DNA of 64,000 nucleotides from Batkoa obscura (Eukaryota): NCBI GenBank assembly GCA_030770535.1, contig JASVEC010000003.1, positions 930,001 to 994,000 of the forward strand, read 5' to 3'. Shown piece by piece: positions 1 to 12,125 of this stretch (position 1 is its first letter; each line of letters starts with the position of its first letter). The notes under the pieces were generated by a model. It saw only the letters and a program-made list of their open reading frames with translations, ran no database searches and was not told where the DNA came from. The position numbers and the translations under genes were made by a program.

Positions 1-13
1 ATAATACATCCCC
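1..13 (-). mobile_element. Terminal fragment of ~98-bp MITE cut by window edge
   Basis: AATACATCCCC matches the MITE end. MITE strand convention used throughout: + when the GGGGATGTATTT end is on the left. Confidence 0.6.
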
Positions 14-905
14 TAACTGTTCCTAGCTTTTAATTAGCCTTGAAAGTTGTAATCTTAAACCTAAATCAAAATTGAAAAAAAATTGAATTTCAATATGGCT
101 TTTGAATGCATCCAAATAGACATACCAATTTTTAAATAAATGTTTTAAAATTATAAAAGTATTTTTTTTTGGTCGTTATACAAATGAATAATTTGCACAT
201 TTAGCAATTTAATATACAAATAAATAAATTAGTGTCTACTTTATTAGCATAACAGGTCATTTGAACATCATTTAGTTACATCATTCGTTTTTTAAAGAAT
301 TTTTTATAATGAATTAATATACAGGTTGGTTACATTTGTAGGTAACATTTTTAAAGTTATAAATGAAAATAAAACATGGTTAAATAAAACTAATTCAAAA
401 ATGTTCAAGTTTGTTTATATATATATTATAGTTTATTTCAAGCTAAAATATAATAAATCATTAAAGTCATTAACATTGAAACAATAGGGCATAAAAAATT
501 AGCTTCTTAGCTTTTAAGTAAAAAATCAAAATTACAGTATAATTTAAAAGCTTTATAATTTTAAAGTTCATTTGTGCAAAAAACAATTGTCTATTTTAAA
601 ATAACATTTAAATATTATGCTATAATTGACATATATTAATTGTTAATTATAGAAATAAATGCTAGATACTTCAGAAATAAGTTTTAGCAGATGTGTTATT
701 AATTATTTCACTATAATAATTCTAAATAAAAAATACAATATAATAATTTTATGAAAAAATAATTTTTTTATATTTAATTTTTTATATTTAACTTGATAAC
801 TAAAACAATGCTTAAACTTTAAATTTTTTACTAATAAAACTTTACTAGTAAAAAAATGCTATTTTAAAAATAGTACTAACTTTATAATAAAAAGAACTAA
901 CATAT

Positions 906-1003
906 AGGGATATATTTTGTGTTTAAGGATTTTACTAACAATTTCTCCGTTTAAATAGTACCTAAAAAATACAAAAAGTAATGAAGCTAAAAAAACCACC
1001 CTT
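906..1003 (+). mobile_element. ~98-bp MITE copy
   Basis: AGGGATATATTTTGTG...AAAACCACCCTT; flanks ATAT/ATAC. Confidence 0.85.
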
Positions 1004-1696
1004 ATACAAATTTATTTATTTTTTGATATTTTTATAATTCAATGTTTAATTTTATTTTTAATGTTTTTAGTATATTAAAGCTGTAGCAAAAAAAATTCTA
1101 CAAACTAAAGCAATGAAATTTTATAATTTAAACTAAAAAAATAAATGTTTAAATTGTTTAATATAAATCAAAATAGTTATAATAAAAATTATTATGATTT
1201 ATATGTTTTATTTGTTTTTGCTTTTGATTATTATAAAAAAAATTAGATGGCTTTAATTAAAAAAACGTATAATTTTTTTACATAAATTTTATGTTTGGAT
1301 ATATGAAAATTGCTTACAAAGCTTTAAAATAATTAAATAATTTTCAAAATATAATAACTAAAATTTTATATAATAATATTAATATAATAAAAAATAAGAT
1401 TAAAACCATTTTTGAATTTTTTTTATAAGTTTAATTTTTTTTTCAATATGAATTTTTTTATTTAAATATATATATATTAAAAACTTAATTACTTGCAAAA
1501 AAAATTTAATTTTTTTTTTAACATGTAATGCTAAAATCAATTTAAAAAAATACATTAGTTGTTATATAAAATTTATAAAAGCTTTATTATATAAAAAAAA
1601 AATGCAACATTAAAAATTAAAATTAAAATATTTATTTTATATTATAAAACAAGCTAATAAAAAATCTAAAACTATTTATATATAGAAAAAACAGAT

Positions 1697-1795
1697 AGGG
1701 GTGCTTTTTTTACCTTTATCACTTTTTCCATCTTTTAAGCGTTATTTGAGCGGAAAATTTATTAGTAAAATCCTTAAACACAAAAATATATCCCC
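1697..1795 (-). mobile_element. ~98-bp MITE copy
   Basis: AGGGGTGCTTTT...ATATATCCCC; perfect AGAT TSD. Confidence 0.9.
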
Positions 1796-1948
1796 AGATA
1801 TAGTTTTTAAATGTATTTTTTATTTTATCTAACTATAGCTTTTTTTATATTAAAGAAACTTCCAATTTGTTTAAATGTTTTTTTTGCTATAGCTGCAATA
1901 TATTAAAGAATTATATTTTAAAAAAAAAATTATTTTTTAATATCATAT

Positions 1949-3497
1949 GGAGGTGTTCAAATTAGCTTCATTTTTTATCCAATTTTTAAATATTTTAAAA
2001 ACTTTGCTTGGAATTCTGTAAAAATAAATTCTTTGTTAAAAACCAAAAGTATTCAAACACAGTTTTAAATTATTTTATTATAATTTATATCATAAGTTAG
2101 CAGAATTTCTATTAAATTTAATGTAAATTCCTGGATTAACAAGGCTTTTACTAATATAACTTATATATTAATATTAACCAAAGCTGTAATATGCAAATAA
2201 ATATATATTCCTATGAAACTTCATTAAAAAATATTTATTATTGACTACTTTATATCCAATATTGAAGATTTGTCATCAAATGAATAAATTATTTTAATGT
2301 TATAGTTACATTATTAACATATCACTAAGTTAATAAATAACTGCATAGGAGGGAGTAGTTAGCCTCAAAACTATAATTAACCGTTTTTATATAATACAAC
2401 CAATATAACAATAGCTTTTATTTATTACTACAGTTACTTGCTCTTTGACTATTTATTAACTTGGCTATTAATAATTTAAGTAATATCAATATTTGGGGGT
2501 ATTTTTTTTGGCTTCATTATTTTCTTCATTTTTTAAGCACTATTTCAGCGGAAAGGTTGTTTTGTTTAGTAAAATTCTTAAACAAAAAATACATCCCCAT
2601 ATACTAAATCATGATTCAATATTTCAGATAAATAATCAAAATAAGCTTTGCCTATTGTTTTGTTATTTTTTAAATATAAGACACTAAAACTTAATACTGA
2701 CATAACTTGTTTATTATAATGATCTAAATTTATTAGATCTGGTTTTGTTCCTATTTTTGTATTTTGTTTAAAAATTTCAATAACAATTTTTCTTATTGAA
2801 TTTTGATAAAATAGTCAAATTACTAAGCAAATATTGTATAATAATTTTAATTTGCTTACCATTAATTTTTTTACATTTTTAATAATAGGTTATAATGTTG
2901 GTATCTTATTATTAATTATTTCTGAATAATTATATTGATTTTCATTTATATTAAATCCAAAACTTTTACATTCATTAAAAGAATATACTGAGGCTATAGT
3001 TGATAATAACGCTACTTATTGGTTTTTGTTTTATATTTCTTTTAAAGCACTAATTTTATACATTGGTTGATTAAGTTTGTTATTATCAATAATAAACTTT
3101 AATAACTTTTCTTTTCTTTTTTATGTTTTATTATAAAATTCCATAAACTCTGGGCTATTATGAATAGTTAAAATTGATATAAATGAATTACAATGTTTAT
3201 ATAATATGCTTTTCCCTATTGTATTAAAATTTTTAAAAATTCCATTTCGAAGTTTAGTTATAAAAGCAAATAATTATATAATTATATAATTATATATCTA
3301 CTAAACATTAAATAAAAATAATATAAAACATATAACTAAAAAAACAAAAGAATTAAAATAAGTTTTTTTAATTTGATTTTTTAATTTAATTTTAAGCTTT
3401 TTAAATCTAGCTAATTATATATTAAAGACTTACAAATTTAAAAACTTAAAATTTGGATTAATTTTAATTAAATCCTGAAACCAATTCGAATATCCCT
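1949..3497 (-). mobile_element. Internally deleted Sola-like DNA transposon (copy A)
   Basis: Left TIR GGAGGTGTTCAAATTAGCTTCA and right TIR TGAAACCAATTCGAATATCCCT, ATAT on both sides; interior collinear with 9089-11967 but with large deletions. Confidence 0.85.
2495..2598 (-). mobile_element. MITE nested in copy A at a deletion junction
   Basis: Full MITE; flanks ATTT/ATAT come from non-adjacent parts of the host element. Confidence 0.9.
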
Positions 3498-4366
3498 ATA
3501 TAAAATATTTATATTCTTCAATTTTAATTAAAAACAGTTTAAATAAAATAATACTTATTATGTAAATTAGTTTAAACAAAGAAATTCTAAGGTTAACTTG
3601 AACTTTTAATAGTTTTAATTAATTTAGCAAAGTAATATAAGTTATAAAAACTAATTTTATAAGTTATATTTTAATTATTTAATATTATCATATTTTGTTT
3701 ATAATATTTTATATAACCTGCTTTTTATTATGTTTTATGCTTATAAATTAAAGTTTATTGATTAAATATTTAAAACCTATTATCTGCTTTATCCAAGATT
3801 ATAATGCTTTATATTACAGTTATTTTTATTAAAATATGATGGTTTATTGTGTAATTAACTTTTAAACTTTATATACACCCTTAGCTTTTTATTATAAAAT
3901 ATTTTTTATTGATTTTACAAAATTATTTTGTTTTTTATAAACATATTTAATTAAAAAAAATAAAGTTAAAAATTTTTGTTTGAAATTTAAATAAACATTA
4001 TTATATATATACTTTTAGATATAATATTATAATTAAAAACAAGAGGTTTAAAACTTTTAATTTTAAAAAAACATTATAACTGTTTAAAAGCATTTATTAA
4101 AAAACAAAATTTAATTTAAATTTAATTATTTATAAAAAAAATAATTTTATTATTATTTAATAATATTTTTACTAAATAATATATAATTTAAAAGTATTTT
4201 CATAAACAAATTTTTATCTATAATATTAAAGCTTAAAAGATTTTTTTTAAAATATAATTAAAGAAAAATATATGATTTTGGAAAATTTAAAGTTTTATAA
4301 AAATTTATTGACTTTTTTATTTAATTATATTTAACTTTATTAATAAAATATATAAAAGCAATATAT

Positions 4367-4464
4367 GGGGATATACTTTTTTGTTTAAGAATTTTACTAA
4401 CAACCTTTCCGCTCAAATAGCGCTTAAAAATGGAAAAAGTAATGAAACCAAAAAAACACATCCC
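4367..4464 (+). mobile_element. ~98-bp MITE copy
   Basis: GGGGATATACTTT...CACATCCC; ATAT TSD. Confidence 0.9.
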
Positions 4465-4969
4465 ATATTTATTTGTAATTTTATAAAATATTAGCATTTT
4501 CAATTACTCAAATATTTATTTATTTGTAAATTAAAATGATTTAATTAAGTTTAGTTAAATTGTAAACCAAGTTTTTGAGTCCCAGTCTAGATCTGATAAT
4601 TAATTTAAAACCTATAATTTTTATTTTTAATTAAGTTTCTAAAACAGGTGATAATTATAAATAGTCAGATTAATTTTTCCTTAATAAAATTAGGTTTTAA
4701 ATTTTAATTGCTTTATTTTCAACTTAATTCTGTTTTATGATTTCAATTTAATTTATATTGTTAAGCTATTAAATTAAATTGCTTTTACAGTAAAAGCCTT
4801 TAATATAACTCTTATTTTTATAAATAAAACTCATTTAAACATTAAAGTTCCAGTTCTTATATTATTTTAGTTATAATAAATATTACTGGCTTATATGGTG
4901 TTTTATTGATATTAAATGTTTTAAGTCTCAAATAATATAATATTTAGCTTATTTAAATATAAATAATAT

Positions 4970-5063
4970 AGGGATGTATTTTTGTGTTCAAGGATTTTAA
5001 CAATTCTTCCACTCAAATAGCGCTCAAAAGATAGAAAAAGTGATGAAGCTAAAAAACACCCCC
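4970..5063 (+). mobile_element. ~98-bp MITE copy
   Basis: AGGGATGTATTTT...AAACACCCCC; flanks ATAT/ATTT. Confidence 0.9.
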
Positions 5064-5377
5064 ATTTTAATGTTATAATATTATCAATTTCTTTTGTTGA
5101 TCAAATAATTTTTATAATATAAGTTAGAACATAAAGACTTTATATAAACTAGACCAAGTATTTACATATATATGTAAATAAATAACATTATATTACAAAT
5201 TTACTATCAAATAAGTAAACCAAATGTTTATTAAATATAAGCAATAAACAATAATATTTAAATAATTTTAAACTTATATTTATTAGCAATGTATCTTAAC
5301 TATTCTAATAAAAATCAAATAAATTTAAAAAATAAATGACTAAACTTCGAAATTAAGGATATTTAACGATTAAAGAA

Positions 5378-5848
5378 TTAATAATGCTTGCTAGTGCATT
5401 TTGGTTTTTGAGAAGTAGTAGTATATACAGCGGAGCTAGTTTCAGTAGCTTTTTCAAGAATTTTTTCACCATGACAAACTCTGCTATAAGCTTGATATTC
5501 ACAAGTGAGAGGGAATTCATAATGTTCAGAACTGCCACGGTTGACATAGGTATCAATAACAACGGAGTCAGCTGAGCATTTCCTTATGATAGCATTGACC
5601 CATTTATCTTCAGAGTAAGCAAAATCAGATTGACAGCTAGATTGTTTAGTCTCAGTAGTATCTCCACAAGATAACTCTACTTTTCTTCCAAAGTAGTCAG
5701 AGGTACATTTACAGGTGAAAACGTATTGATCTTTACCATCAGCACCTTTAACTCTTCCATCAACAACATCACATTTATGGGACCAGTCTAAAGCTAAACT
5801 AGAGGAAACTAAAAAAGCAGCGATAACGGAAGTGATAAGTTTGTACAT
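5378..5848 (-). CDS. Small secreted cysteine-rich protein (156 aa), candidate effector
   Basis: Intact intronless ORF, GC richer than its flanks, signal-peptide-like N-terminus MYKLITSVIAAFLVSSSLA, 9 Cys. Confidence 0.85.
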   Translation of the reverse strand: MYKLITSVIAAFLVSSSLALDWSHKCDVVDGRVKGADGKDQYVFTCKCTSDYFGRKVELSCGDTTETKQSSCQSDFAYSEDKWVNAIIRKCSADSVVIDTYVNRGSSEHYEFPLTCEYQAYSRVCHGEKILEKATETSSAVYTTTSQKPKCTSKHY

Positions 5849-6770
5849 CTTAATTTAGATTAAAGTATTCAATGGAATTTTTTACTTGAATTGATGTTGA
5901 ATTGGTTTGTTTATATAATGCTTGTTTTGAATAAAAAGTGAATCCGTTGTAATAATTTGTAATAAATTCTTGAGTTGAAGATAAATCATTTAACTAGAGG
6001 AGTAATTAATTTATTTTTAGCATAACAATTAGTATTGGATTATTATGCAAGAATAAAAGCCAATTAAAATTTTTAGCAGTATTAGAATACTATTTTTAAA
6101 TTCTTTTGTGCACAAATTTTAAAGCGCTTAATAATTAGTTTAGTGGTTAGATTTGTTTGTAACTCCAGAGTGAGTACACACTTTAGGAAAATACTAGAAG
6201 TTTTATTTTTAAATCGAAATCCAATTAGTGGATTTTAGCGCTCCATTTGATTATGTCATTTTTATATTTCATAGTGATTATTAAATGAATAATCAAACTA
6301 TTAATAACTTTATTAGATAAGTTGATTTACAGTTGTTGCAGCTCTTTTGTAACCTAATTAACTGCTCATTTAAGAGAAAGGATTATAGTATATTCAATTA
6401 AACATAAGGTTTAGATCATAAAAAATTAGTTTACCAAATAATTTAATTGTAAAAAGGGTTAAAAAGGGTTAAAAAGGGTAACCTAAAAAAGGTGACATAT
6501 TCTTAAAATAAAACCTTACTAGGAAATAAAAAATCTTTTATTTTTGGTTGCTTTTTTTAAATTTAATGGAAAAAAAGGTTATGAATATGTTAGGTTTAAA
6601 CTGGGAACAGAGGGTAACTTTAGCAAAAGCACAGCTATAAAGCAAAAAAATTTATGAATAAAATTTAATAAAATAAATAATATTAAGACCAACAATAATA
6701 AAAAATAAAGGTATTAATATAATATTTAATAGCCAAAAAAATATGAAAATTAAAATAAATATTAAAAACT

Positions 6771-6868
6771 GAGGGTGTTTTTCTGACTTCATCACTTTTT
6801 CCATCTTTTAAGCGCTATTTGAGTAAAAAAGTTATTAGTAAAATTATTGAGCATAAAAATATATTTTT
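6771..6868 (-). mobile_element. Degenerate MITE copy
   Basis: GAGGGTGTTTTTCTGACTTCATCAC...; right end decayed; an extra end AAATACATCCCC lies at ~6951-6966. Confidence 0.8.
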
Positions 6869-7164
6869 ATATAACAAAATAACTGCCTGATAGTTATAAT
6901 AAAGCTAAAAAATAATATTTATAATAATAAATTAGCTAATAAATTAAAAACAAAAAATACATCCCCAAATAACAAAAACTGGTTTATTTGATATAACATT
7001 TAATAAAGTAATAAAATCATAGAAATATGCCTTTTTTTTATAAGCCTTAATAGATATAATTTTAAAAACAAATATATTGAAACTTTTTTAATTATAATTT
7101 ATTTTTATATTAATATATTTACTTTAAATTGTTTTTTATTTTATCCATTATATAAATTACATAT

Positions 7165-7198
7165 GGGGGTGTATTTTTTTGTTTAAGAATAGATCCCC
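7165..7198 (+). mobile_element. 34-bp minimal MITE derivative
   Basis: GGGGGTGTATTTTTTTGTTTAAGAATAGATCCCC flanked by ATAT/ATAT. Confidence 0.75.
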
Positions 7199-7542
7199 AT
7201 ATAAAACATTTAATAAATAGTTTAAATTTTATTTTGTTTTTTTTGCTAATATCAGCTATATTTTTAAAATTAAAAAAATTGCTTAAAAAAATCAGTTAAA
7301 ACAGTTTGAACTTTTTTAAGCATTAAATAAAATAAAGCAATAATTATTAATATTGCTTAACCTAACAACTCAAACTATTATTTTTACTTTTTCTATTACT
7401 TTTTTTATTTAAATAAAACAGGTTTTTTTATCAAATTTAAAAATAAAACATAAAATATAAAATATAAAATATAAACTTTAAAACTTTTCAAAAAAACCAA
7501 ACTGCTTTCAAAATTTAATATACATAATGCAATTTTTAGCAC

Positions 7543-7696
7543 TATTATATTTGTTTCACATAGTTCTTAGCTTATTACGTATTATTCCTATTAATTTAAG
7601 TATATCTTAGCTACATAAACTAAGACCGTTCGACTCAAGGCAAGTTAATCACCAAGGACTCCTTTTAACTCCAACCATTGAGTATCAACCTTCACA
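7543..7696 (-). mobile_element. Truncated LTR-like repeat
   Basis: Aligns with 11640-11790 and with the reverse complement of 15674-15830; ends TTCACA. Confidence 0.65.
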
Positions 7697-8098
7697 GCAT
7701 GAATATTATTTAATAATCAATAACTAATATATATAATATTCTATCAGTTGATAGTTAATTAATCAACTATTTTTATAATGTTTTTTATAAAAACATTATA
7801 AAATAATAAAAAAGTACTGTTTTTCAGCCACAATAGTATTAAGTATTAAAAAGATTCAAATATTAGCATATAAAAGCCTAAATTATTTTATAAAAAAGAC
7901 AAAAATATTACCAAGTGAAGTTTTTTATTGATATTTTGATAAACTTGCACAAATTAAATTATTTCTTTTCTATATAATTTTTTATTATAAGTTTGTTAAC
8001 TATGATGTTTTGATTTTATAAATAATCTAATTCAGTGTTATTATAACTTGTTTAAAATTTAAATATATAAAAAATCAATTGAATTGAAGTAAATGAAT

Positions 8099-8170
8099 GG
8101 CTTAGTGGTCTAGTGGTATGATTCTCGCTTTGGGTGCGAGAGGCCCTGGGTTCAATTCCCAGCTGAGCCC
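8099..8170 (+). tRNA. tRNA-Pro(TGG)
   Basis: 72-nt cloverleaf GGCTTAG...CTGAGCCC; anticodon stem CTCGC/GCGAG with loop TTTGGGT; T-arm CTGGG TTCAATT CCCAG. Confidence 0.96.
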
Positions 8171-8192
8171 AACCATATTTATTTTTATATAT

Positions 8193-8289
8193 GGGGGTGT
8201 TTTTGGTTTCATTACTTTTTCCATTTTTTTAAGCGCTATTTGAGTGGAAAGATTGTTAGCAAAATTCTTAAACAAAAAAATATATCCCC
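8193..8289 (-). mobile_element. ~98-bp MITE copy
   Basis: ATAT TSD; 22 bp downstream of tRNA-Pro. Confidence 0.9.
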
Positions 8290-8423
8290 ATATAGAAGAA
8301 ATATACTTAATTTTTCTAACATAATGTAAAATTTTTATTATATAAATAATTTAATTAAAAGACTTCATTTTAATTTTAAATATTAAAAACAATTAAAGCC
8401 TGTTTTATGATATTACATAAAAC

Positions 8424-8518
8424 AAGGGTGTTTTTTTTAGCTTCAACACTTTTTCCATTTTTAAACACTACTAAATGGGAAATGCATTAGTAAATTTCTT
8501 TAAAAAAGACAACACCCC
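8424..8518 (-). mobile_element. Degenerate MITE copy
   Basis: AAGGGTGTTTTTTTTAGCTTC...ACACCCC. Confidence 0.75.
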
Positions 8519-8625
8519 TTTATTTTTTTTAATATTTTCTATAAAAAAGGCCATTTCTAGTCAATTTTTTAGAATTTTTAACATTTTGCACCTTTTTTGT
8601 TTTTTTATATAATAATCCAATATAT

Positions 8626-8722
8626 GAAGGGTGTTTTTTTGGCTTTATCACTTTTTCCATTTTTGAGACTATTTGAGCAGAAAGATTGTTAGTAAAATTC
8701 TTAAACACAAAAATACATCCCC
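8626..8722 (-). mobile_element. ~98-bp MITE copy
   Basis: GAAGGGTGTTTT...ATACATCCCC; ATAT TSD. Confidence 0.9.
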
Positions 8723-9598
8723 ATATATATTAAAAAATTTTTTTTACAATTAAACAATTGGTTTTAATAATTATAAAATATAATATTGAGCTTGAATTAT
8801 CTTATTCAAAATGCTTTAGGCATTAAATTTTTTATAAGCTTTTTAAGATTGTAAAATGAAACTATAACTATTAAAAAAGTCTAGACTAGTTAAAAAAATT
8901 AAATAAAAGCCATGGATAAAAGAATAGTAAAAAATCAAATAAATAAAATTTAAGCATTTCAAAGCTGTTTTTTATTACTCATAATTTTTAAATATATAAA
9001 AATTCGCTATTTTTAAGCTGATCACAACCTAACTTATTGAAAAAAATCTGCAAGCTAACTATTGATAATTTTAAATTATCTAACATATGGGGGTGTCCGA
9101 ATCGGTTTCATTTTTTTTATCCAATTTTTAAATTATTTTATTATAATTTATATTGTAAGTTAGCGGAATTTCTATCAAATTTAATATAAATTCCTAAATT
9201 AGCAAGGCTTTTACCAATATAGCCTATATAATGATAGTAATTAAAGTTGTAATATGTAATATGTAAATAAATATATATTTTTATAAAACTTTATTAAAAA
9301 ATATTTATTATTGACTGCTTTATTTAGCCAACATTGCAGATTTACTATCAAATAAATAAACAATTTTAATGTTATAATTACATTATTAATATATCGCTAA
9401 GTTAATAAATAGCTGTATGGGAGGGAGTGGCTAGCCCTAAAACTATAATTAACCATCCCTATGTAACACAAGCAGTGTAATAATAGTTTTTACTTATCAT
9501 TATAATTATTTATTAACTTAGCTATTATTATTTTAAGTAATATCAACATTTAATGGTTGATTTCTATCTAGTAAGCTACTTACTTGCTTACTAAATAT

Positions 9599-9695
9599 GG
9601 GGATGTTTTTTTTGATTTTGTTACTTTTTCCATTTTTTAAGTGCTATTTGAGCGGAAAACGTGTTAGTAAATTTCTTAAACAAAAATACATCCTC
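9599..9695 (-). mobile_element. MITE nested in copy B
   Basis: ATAT TSD; interrupts the transposase C-terminus. Confidence 0.9.
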
Positions 9696-10486
9696 ATATT
9701 GAAGCTTTTAAACTTTCAGTTATTTTTGTAAGATAAGCTAGGGTTGGTCTTTTAATTTTTCTATTTTCTATAGACTCTATAACTTTAATTGTAATTATAT
9801 CGCTTTTTTTTGATCTATCAGATACTGGATAACAGTGTAGTTTATTGTTACGTTTAATAAAGTGTAAATACTTTTTAATACCTTGTATTATTATTATTTT
9901 TTTTGTATCTTTGTTTCTTTCATACTTTTTAAAAATTATATCTGCTTTCCCATTATTGACAGTTGAGTTATTAACTCTGTTATGTTCACAAACAAAAATC
10001 TCAAATTTTGAAATTAATTGATCAATATCTTCTATTTTACCTAATGCTTCAAAACTATTTTTCCACTGTGAAAGATTTCCAAAATGTCCGTCAACTATAC
10101 TTTTTCCATGATGCTCAGCAAAAAAGTTAAGATCAATATTTAAACTACTATTTATTTTATAAATTTCTTCAAATACATAATGTAAAAACTCTTGAGATTT
10201 AATATTTCAGATAAATAATCAAAATAAACTTTGTCTATTGTTTTATTGTTTTTTAAATATAAAACATTAAAACCTGATATTGATATAGCTTGTTTGTTAT
10301 AATGATCTAAGTTTATTGGATCTGGTCTCGTTCCTATTTCCATATTTTGTTTAAAGTCTAAGATTATTATACAACTTTTATTATTTAATTTTTTAATAGC
10401 TTCATTAAACATGTTTTTTTGAGTATCAACACAAAATTCATGTAATTTATATAACCTTTTTTCTTTATTAAAAGATTCTTCTATCT

Positions 10487-10583
10487 GAGGGTGTTTTTTT
10501 TGGTTTCATTATTTTCCATTTTTTAAGTGCTATTTAAGCAAAAAAATTGGTAATAAAATTCTTAAACAAAAAAATGCATCCCC
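10487..10583 (-). mobile_element. MITE nested in copy B
   Basis: Perfect ATCT TSD. Confidence 0.92.
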
Positions 10584-11386
10584 ATCTCTGCTTTATTTTT
10601 TGTCGCTATATTTATTTTATTTTCAAATAACTTTTTTCTAACTGGTATACTGGGCACATACATATATTACATAAATCTGTTTTTCTTGCTGGATTTTTAA
10701 AATTATTTGGTATATATTTAAATAATGTTGACCTAGCTACTGCTTTATCTTTTAAATCATTAAAATACTTACTGTATATCATTCTTTTACTTTTATTTAA
10801 TATATATATTATCTGACGAATATTTATTATCATTATTTTTTTTATTGAATCAAGATGAAATAGTTGAATTATCAAGTAAATATTGTATAATAATCTCAAT
10901 TTACTCATCTTTAATTTTTTTTGTATTTTTAATAATAGGTTGTAATGTTATTGTTTTATTATTATTAATTATTTTCGAATAATCATATTGATTTCTACCT
11001 ATATTAAATCCAAAACTTTTACATTCATCAAAATAATATACTGAAGCTATAGTTGATAATAATGCTACTTGTTGGTTTTTGTTTCCTGTTTCCCTTAAAG
11101 CACTAATTTTATACATTGGTTGATTAAGTTTGTTATTATTAATAATAAACTTTAATAACTGTTCTTTTCTTTTTTTTGTTTTATTATAAAATTTCATAAA
11201 CTCTGAGTTAGTGAATAGCTGTTAAAATTGATGTAAATGAATTAACAATGTTTATATAATGTGCTTCTTCCCTATCGTATTAAAGTTTTTAGAAATTCCA
11301 TTTCGAAGTTTAGTTATAAAAGCTTGCATTTTGTTTTTATTTTAATAAAAAACAAAGTCAAATAATTATATATTTATATCTTATAT

Positions 11387-11485
11387 GGGGATGTATTTTT
11401 TTGTTTAAGAATTTTACTAGCAGTTTTTCCATTTAAATAGCGCTTAAAAAATAGAAAAAGTAATGAAACCAAAAAAAACACCCCC
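11387..11485 (+). mobile_element. MITE nested in copy B
   Basis: ATAT TSD; absent at the equivalent site of copies A and D. Confidence 0.92.
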
Positions 11486-11523
11486 ATATATCTATTAAAT
11501 ATTTAACAAAAAAATACAAAACA

Positions 11524-11790
11524 CGATGAAATATTGTTTCATCAGCTCTATGATTGATTATCGCATAATAATCACTTAACTTGTTTACAAAACTAGTTGG
11601 AGTATAAAAGAGATTTTACAGCAGTATCTTCTATTCTATTTATCTTATATAGTTCGTAGCTTATTGCGCACTATTCCTATTAATTTAAGTCTACCTTGAC
11701 TACATAAACTAAAGCCTTTTGACTTACGGGCAGTTAATTAAGCTAGAACGAACTGGTTTTAACTCCAACCACTGAGTACCAACTTTCACA
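11524..11790 (-). mobile_element. Solo-LTR-like insertion in copy B
   Basis: 267 bp absent from copies A and D, flanked by AACA duplication; minus strand starts TGTGAAAG; homologous to 15674-16139. Confidence 0.7.
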
Positions 11791-12020
11791 AACATATAAT
11801 TAAAAAAATAAAATAAATAAAATAAGTCTTTTAAGTTAAATTTTTATATTTAATTTTAAGCTTTTTAAATTTAGCTAATCAAATTATACATTAAAGACTT
11901 ACAAATTTAAAAACTTAAAATTTGGATCAGTTTCTAGTTGAATTCTGAAACCAATTCAGACACCCTCATATGGACAGATACAGGAAACCGTTTTAAATCT
12001 CAAAGGTTTTTGCATTATAT

Positions 12021-12125
12021 GGGGATGTATTTTTTTGTTCAAGAATTTTACTAAACAAACAGTCTTTCCACTCAAATAGCGTTTAAAAATGGAAAAAGTG
12101 ATGAAGCAAAAAAAAAAACACCCCC
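12021..12125 (+). mobile_element. MITE nested in copy C at a deletion junction
   Basis: Flanks ATAT/AAAA, no TSD. Confidence 0.9.

Larger units (their letters stand above)
9550..11329 (-). pseudogene. Sola-type DDD transposase pseudogene
   Basis: Reads MQAFITKLRNG...KTDLCNIC...CIIILDFKQN...NFFAEHHGKSIVDGHFGNLSQW...INH* across stops, frameshifts and MITE insertions; includes track ORFs 10901-11197, 10612-10908 and 10152-10412. Confidence 0.82.
9089..11967 (-). mobile_element. Most complete Sola-like (probably Sola2) DNA transposon (copy B), defective
   Basis: TIRs GGGGGTGTCCGAATCGGTTTCA / TGAAACCAATTCAGACACCCTC (3 mismatches, all transitions), ATAT TSD, transposase remnant on the minus strand, three nested MITEs and one LTR-like insertion. 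Confidence 0.88.

Noticed and set aside
2493..2687. Short ORFs with GVFFLASLF / FFGFITF / FKNFTNNLS peptides (also 4321, 14357, 18523, 19496, 26048, 31811, 56241)
   Set aside because: The shared peptides are translations of MITE or microsatellite DNA, not a protein family.
6451..6480. (AAAAAGGGTT)x3 as telomeric repeat
   Set aside because: Only three units, interstitial, with no supporting context.
11524..11552. CTGATGA on the minus strand as a hammerhead ribozyme core
   Set aside because: No GAAA after a stem II and no cleavage-site helix; not conserved in the 15674 copy.
9089..11967. Fanzor/TnpB or other RNA-guided cargo in the transposon
   Set aside because: I saw no RuvC motifs or second ORF. 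The ~450-bp non-coding left arm showed no convincing structure by eye.
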